A DNA stretch of 64,000 nt from Spirochaetia bacterium (GTDB lineage Bacteria > Spirochaetota > Spirochaetia > UBA9216), in NCBI GenBank assembly GCA_965140585.1, contig OZ223272.1, positions 493,881 to 557,880 of the forward strand, written 5' to 3'. A program made the translations under genes and the position numbers. The first letter of the stretch is position 1, and each line of letters starts with the position of its first letter. Positions 61,150-64,000 of the stretch are shown here, one piece after another. The notes under the pieces were generated by a model that did not search any database, was not told the origin of the DNA, and saw only the letters and a program-made list of their open reading frames with translations.

Positions 61150-62715
61150 ATGAAACCCTATTCACTTTTAAGAAAGCCGAATTACTGGATCACCGGATTT
61201 CTGATTTTTATAGTTATATTTCTTATTCTTAAAACAAGTATAAAACCCGAAGGCTTTGTACTGGAAGAAAACTGGGAGCTTGAGCTTAACGGGCAAAAAA
61301 CAGAAGTTGAAATCCCCGGACAGATGTCTGTTGAGACTCTTACAATGGCAAGGTACATAAACACCTTCAATATTGACGACGCGTCGGAAAAAGCAATAGT
61401 AATCAGCCGGATTCCAGGGAATGCTCTTAAAATATTTTTAAACGGAAATCTTATCGGCAGTATCGGAGATGCAAATAATCCAACGGCCAGGTTCTGGAAT
61501 ATGGTTCAGATATTTCCAGCCTTCGGGAATCTTAAACAGGGAAGCAATACCCTGGTGATTGAGCAGTATACCAATATTACGCACGGAATGACCTCGGCTC
61601 CGATGATACTCGATTATCAGAGAGCACTTTCAAAAACAAACACTGCCAACTTTTTTTATGTTACCCTGATACGGCTCATGATCGGAGCGGGGCTGCTTGT
61701 AGGTACAATAATGCTTCTTATAGCGGCTCTTACTGAAACCGGCAAAAAAACTTATATCCTCATGGGCTGTGCAACTGTTTTCGCGTCCATCTACTGTATT
61801 GATTATCTTTATTTTGAACACCTGTTTAATCAAAGCTTTCTGCTTCTAAGCGATAAAATACTTCTGCTTTCCGGATTTCTGGCTTTAAACATTTTCACAG
61901 CAGGCGTTAACAACATAACCATCAACAGCAGGGTGATAAGGTATACTCAGTATCCCTTAAGCATAATCCCCGCCCTCCTTTTCCTTTTCAGCCCGACACT
62001 TCCTGAACTGATACGTTTTTTTCACTTTGTTAACCCTGCCCTGATTATCAACGGAGTCTTCATTGCTGTAATGCTTTTACATCTTGAAGAGAAGGATTAC
62101 ATAATGCTGATTCCCTCGATACTGATCCTGTGTACCGTTGGAAATTCTTTCTATGTCAGCATGATTAATCCGAATGCTCCCTACACAATTCAGTACGGAG
62201 CTCTATTCAGTACAGTCTTTTTCAGTGCAGACCTTATAATCAAGTATACAAATATTCACACCGAAAACTCAAAACTCCGTTATTTTGCCCAGACAGATCC
62301 GTTAACCGGCGCCTTCAACAGAAACATAATTGAATCTATAAAAAGGGAAAACTGGACTTCTGCGATAGTCGTTGATTTCGATAATTTCAAGGAATACAAC
62401 GACAACTTCGGCCACAAGCTTGGAGATGAACTGCTGTGCAGTTTTGTAAACCGCGCAAAAGAGAATCTACGGACTTCAGACCTCGTTATCAGAATAGGCG
62501 GTGATGAATTTCTTATTCTGCTTAAGGAAAATGATGCGGCCAACGCCGAAACTATTATCAGAAGAATCCACGACCAGTTTTATTACGAATACGATGCAGA
62601 GTTCTCCTATGGAGTTCAGACTATAGAACATGATATAACCAACTCATTTCACAAGGCAGACATCTCTATGTATCAAAATAAGCGGGCGAGAAAAAAACGT
62701 AATACCCCGTCCTGA
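61150..62715 (+). CDS. Membrane diguanylate cyclase, paralog of 58178-59746
   Basis: Same architecture (KPEG..L.E.W, R.PGN.L..F.NG, YC.D.L.F, IQYG..FS); DPLTGAFNR, RTSD I-site, RIGGDEF. Confidence 0.9.
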   Translation: MKPYSLLRKPNYWITGFLIFIVIFLILKTSIKPEGFVLEENWELELNGQKTEVEIPGQMSVETLTMARYINTFNIDDASEKAIVISRIPGNALKIFLNGNLIGSIGDANNPTARFWNMVQIFPAFGNLKQGSNTLVIEQYTNITHGMTSAPMILDYQRALSKTNTANFFYVTLIRLMIGAGLLVGTIMLLIAALTETGKKTYILMGCATVFASIYCIDYLYFEHLFNQSFLLLSDKILLLSGFLALNIFTAGVNNITINSRVIRYTQYPLSIIPALLFLFSPTLPELIRFFHFVNPALIINGVFIAVMLLHLEEKDYIMLIPSILILCTVGNSFYVSMINPNAPYTIQYGALFSTVFFSADLIIKYTNIHTENSKLRYFAQTDPLTGAFNRNIIESIKRENWTSAIVVDFDNFKEYNDNFGHKLGDELLCSFVNRAKENLRTSDLVIRIGGDEFLILLKENDAANAETIIRRIHDQFYYEYDAEFSYGVQTIEHDITNSFHKADISMYQNKRARKKRNTPS

Positions 62716-62721
62716 CAGGGG

Positions 62722-62988
62722 TTAAACACAGCTGTTATAAACAGCCCTGAAATCATCTGCCGTATAGCCTTTGGCCCCCCACTGCGCGGCAAGCGTCACA
62801 GCCTGCTCAGTCATCGTATCAATATCCGGATTATCTATACCAAGCTCCTTCATTGAAAGCGGACAGCCTATTTTTTTTATCCAGGATTCGTAAGCTGAGA
62901 TGACAGCTTCACAATCCGGCTGTCCTTCCATCATCAGAATATCTTTTCCGAACTTGATGATGCGGCTGCTTAGTTCATTTTTTTTTAA
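62722..62988 (-). pseudogene. C-terminal fragment of an iron-containing alcohol dehydrogenase (butanol dehydrogenase-like), truncated at the junction
   Basis: Frame reads KKNELSSRIIKFGKDIL...WIKKIGCPLSMKELGID...YTADDFRAVY, typical of the Fe-ADH C-terminus; the N-terminal three quarters are replaced by AT-rich DNA. Confidence 0.7.
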
Positions 62989-63752
62989 TTATCATATTTT
63001 TTATCCTGCTTTTTTTATCTATTGTCAAAATTTATGTGACTAATAAATTCATTCTTAAGCTTTGGAATATGTTCATTTTATAATATCGTAACAAAATTAT
63101 TAAAGACTATTTAAAGAAAATCCCTTATTTTAAAACTATGTTAATGATTTTAAAACACGAATTATTACTAATATTTAATACATTTATGATGACGATTAAA
63201 AATAAGTGAAATAAAAACCTATAGAATAACAAAAGAAAGGATTATTAAATTATTTTGGGAATGCTATAGAAAAATTAGGGGACAAACTTACAAGTTAAAC
63301 GTAATTTATATCATCCAAAATTGATAAAAAACTGTCTTCTTAAGCACAAGCCAATCAATAAAGTACTAGTCCTCCGAAAAGCAATTTTTATTATGACAAT
63401 AACTTAAAAGTTTGGGTTATAAACGGAAAACCTGCTGAAGAAACTGAAGATGTTGGTGCTAAGATTATTAACAAAGAGCAAATTTAGAATAAAGATAATC
63501 AATAAAGCATTTTTCCCCCACCAAAAAAAATAATTTCTTAGAATTAGCGTATATTAGTTTTAAATATAATTTAGTTCTAGATAAAGAAGAAAAAAAAGTA
63601 GAAGAAGAAGCACAAATTATTTAAAATACTGCAACTAAGATTTCTAATCCTTTTGGAAAACCAAGCGATTAAAATTAAAAGGCAAGCGGAAAAGTAACTA
63701 CTGGAAATCGTTAAAAAAAAAAAATATCTAATAAAATAGATATTTGGCTTGA
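62987..63752 (+). CDS. Fragment of a eukaryotic Sec16-like gene read in genetic code 6 (TAA/TAG=Gln); foreign DNA
   Basis: About 190 codons without TGA but with about 19 in-frame TAA/TAG; translates to IFYPAFFIYCQNLCDQQIHSQALEYVHFI...PPKSNFYYDNNLKVWVINGKPAEE...FPPPKK; candidate 26-nt GTA...TAG intron at 63549-63574; 3' end uncertain. Confidence 0.6.
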
Positions 63753-64000
63753 ATTTTATCATAAAATTATTAAAAATTATTATTATTATTTTTAATTTAC
63801 TTTTATTTGTTGAGTACTTTTTTAATGTACTGTCAATATTTTGCTAAATTCATAAAATATTTTGCCATAACGAAAACATTTTTCAAATCCTTAAAACTAT
63901 TCTTATGATATGACTGCTTTGAAAAATTCTTTTTTTTCACCTTAAATACAAACAAATAAATTTGATTATTTAAAATAAAGACCAATGGTTTCAAATGAAA

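Noticed and set aside
63577-63762. 61-aa minus-strand ORF in the AT-rich tail
   Set aside because: It is the Phe-rich antisense shadow of the code-6 plus-strand frame.
62978-64000. AT-rich tail as a replication origin, IS element or prophage end
   Set aside because: No DnaA-box cluster, terminal inverted repeats or transposase/integrase seen; it interrupts a gene and is better explained as eukaryotic coding DNA.

Overview
About 63 kb of this window is chromosome from a free-living, probably anaerobic Spirochaetaceae-like bacterium. The inference rests on a DUF5312-like protein, a short ThrRS, groEL without groES and many spirochaete-type lipoproteins. Housekeeping content includes an M32 carboxypeptidase (partial), thrS with a clear T-box leader (specifier ACC), groEL, birA, mnmA, an argR-C-B-D-G-argA operon with tandem ARG boxes, an IclR/TRAP/SDR sugar-acid uptake cluster, pgi, hom, rpiB, eda and lemA. 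The best candidate for an undescribed system is at 32.6-37.7 kb. There a Moco-family riboswitch that lacks P3 (the tungsten-cofactor 'Tuco' type) controls a three-gene operon. The operon encodes a sugar-type ABC binding protein with an extra N-terminal domain, a lipoprotein of three molybdopterin-oxidoreductase-like domains with no Cys for metal ligation, and a fused double permease; this may be a Mo/W-pterin cofactor salvage transporter. Other observations: a shared IclR-type operator linking the TRAP operon and eda 31 kb apart, many apparently leaderless genes, and a kinase-DGC-glycosyltransferase-DGC operon. The last ~1 kb is foreign: an iron-containing alcohol dehydrogenase gene breaks off at a T9 run and is followed by very AT-rich DNA that reads as a eukaryotic Sec16-like gene in the ciliate genetic code (TAA/TAG=Gln), most likely a chimeric join. 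All calls were made by eye without database searches.
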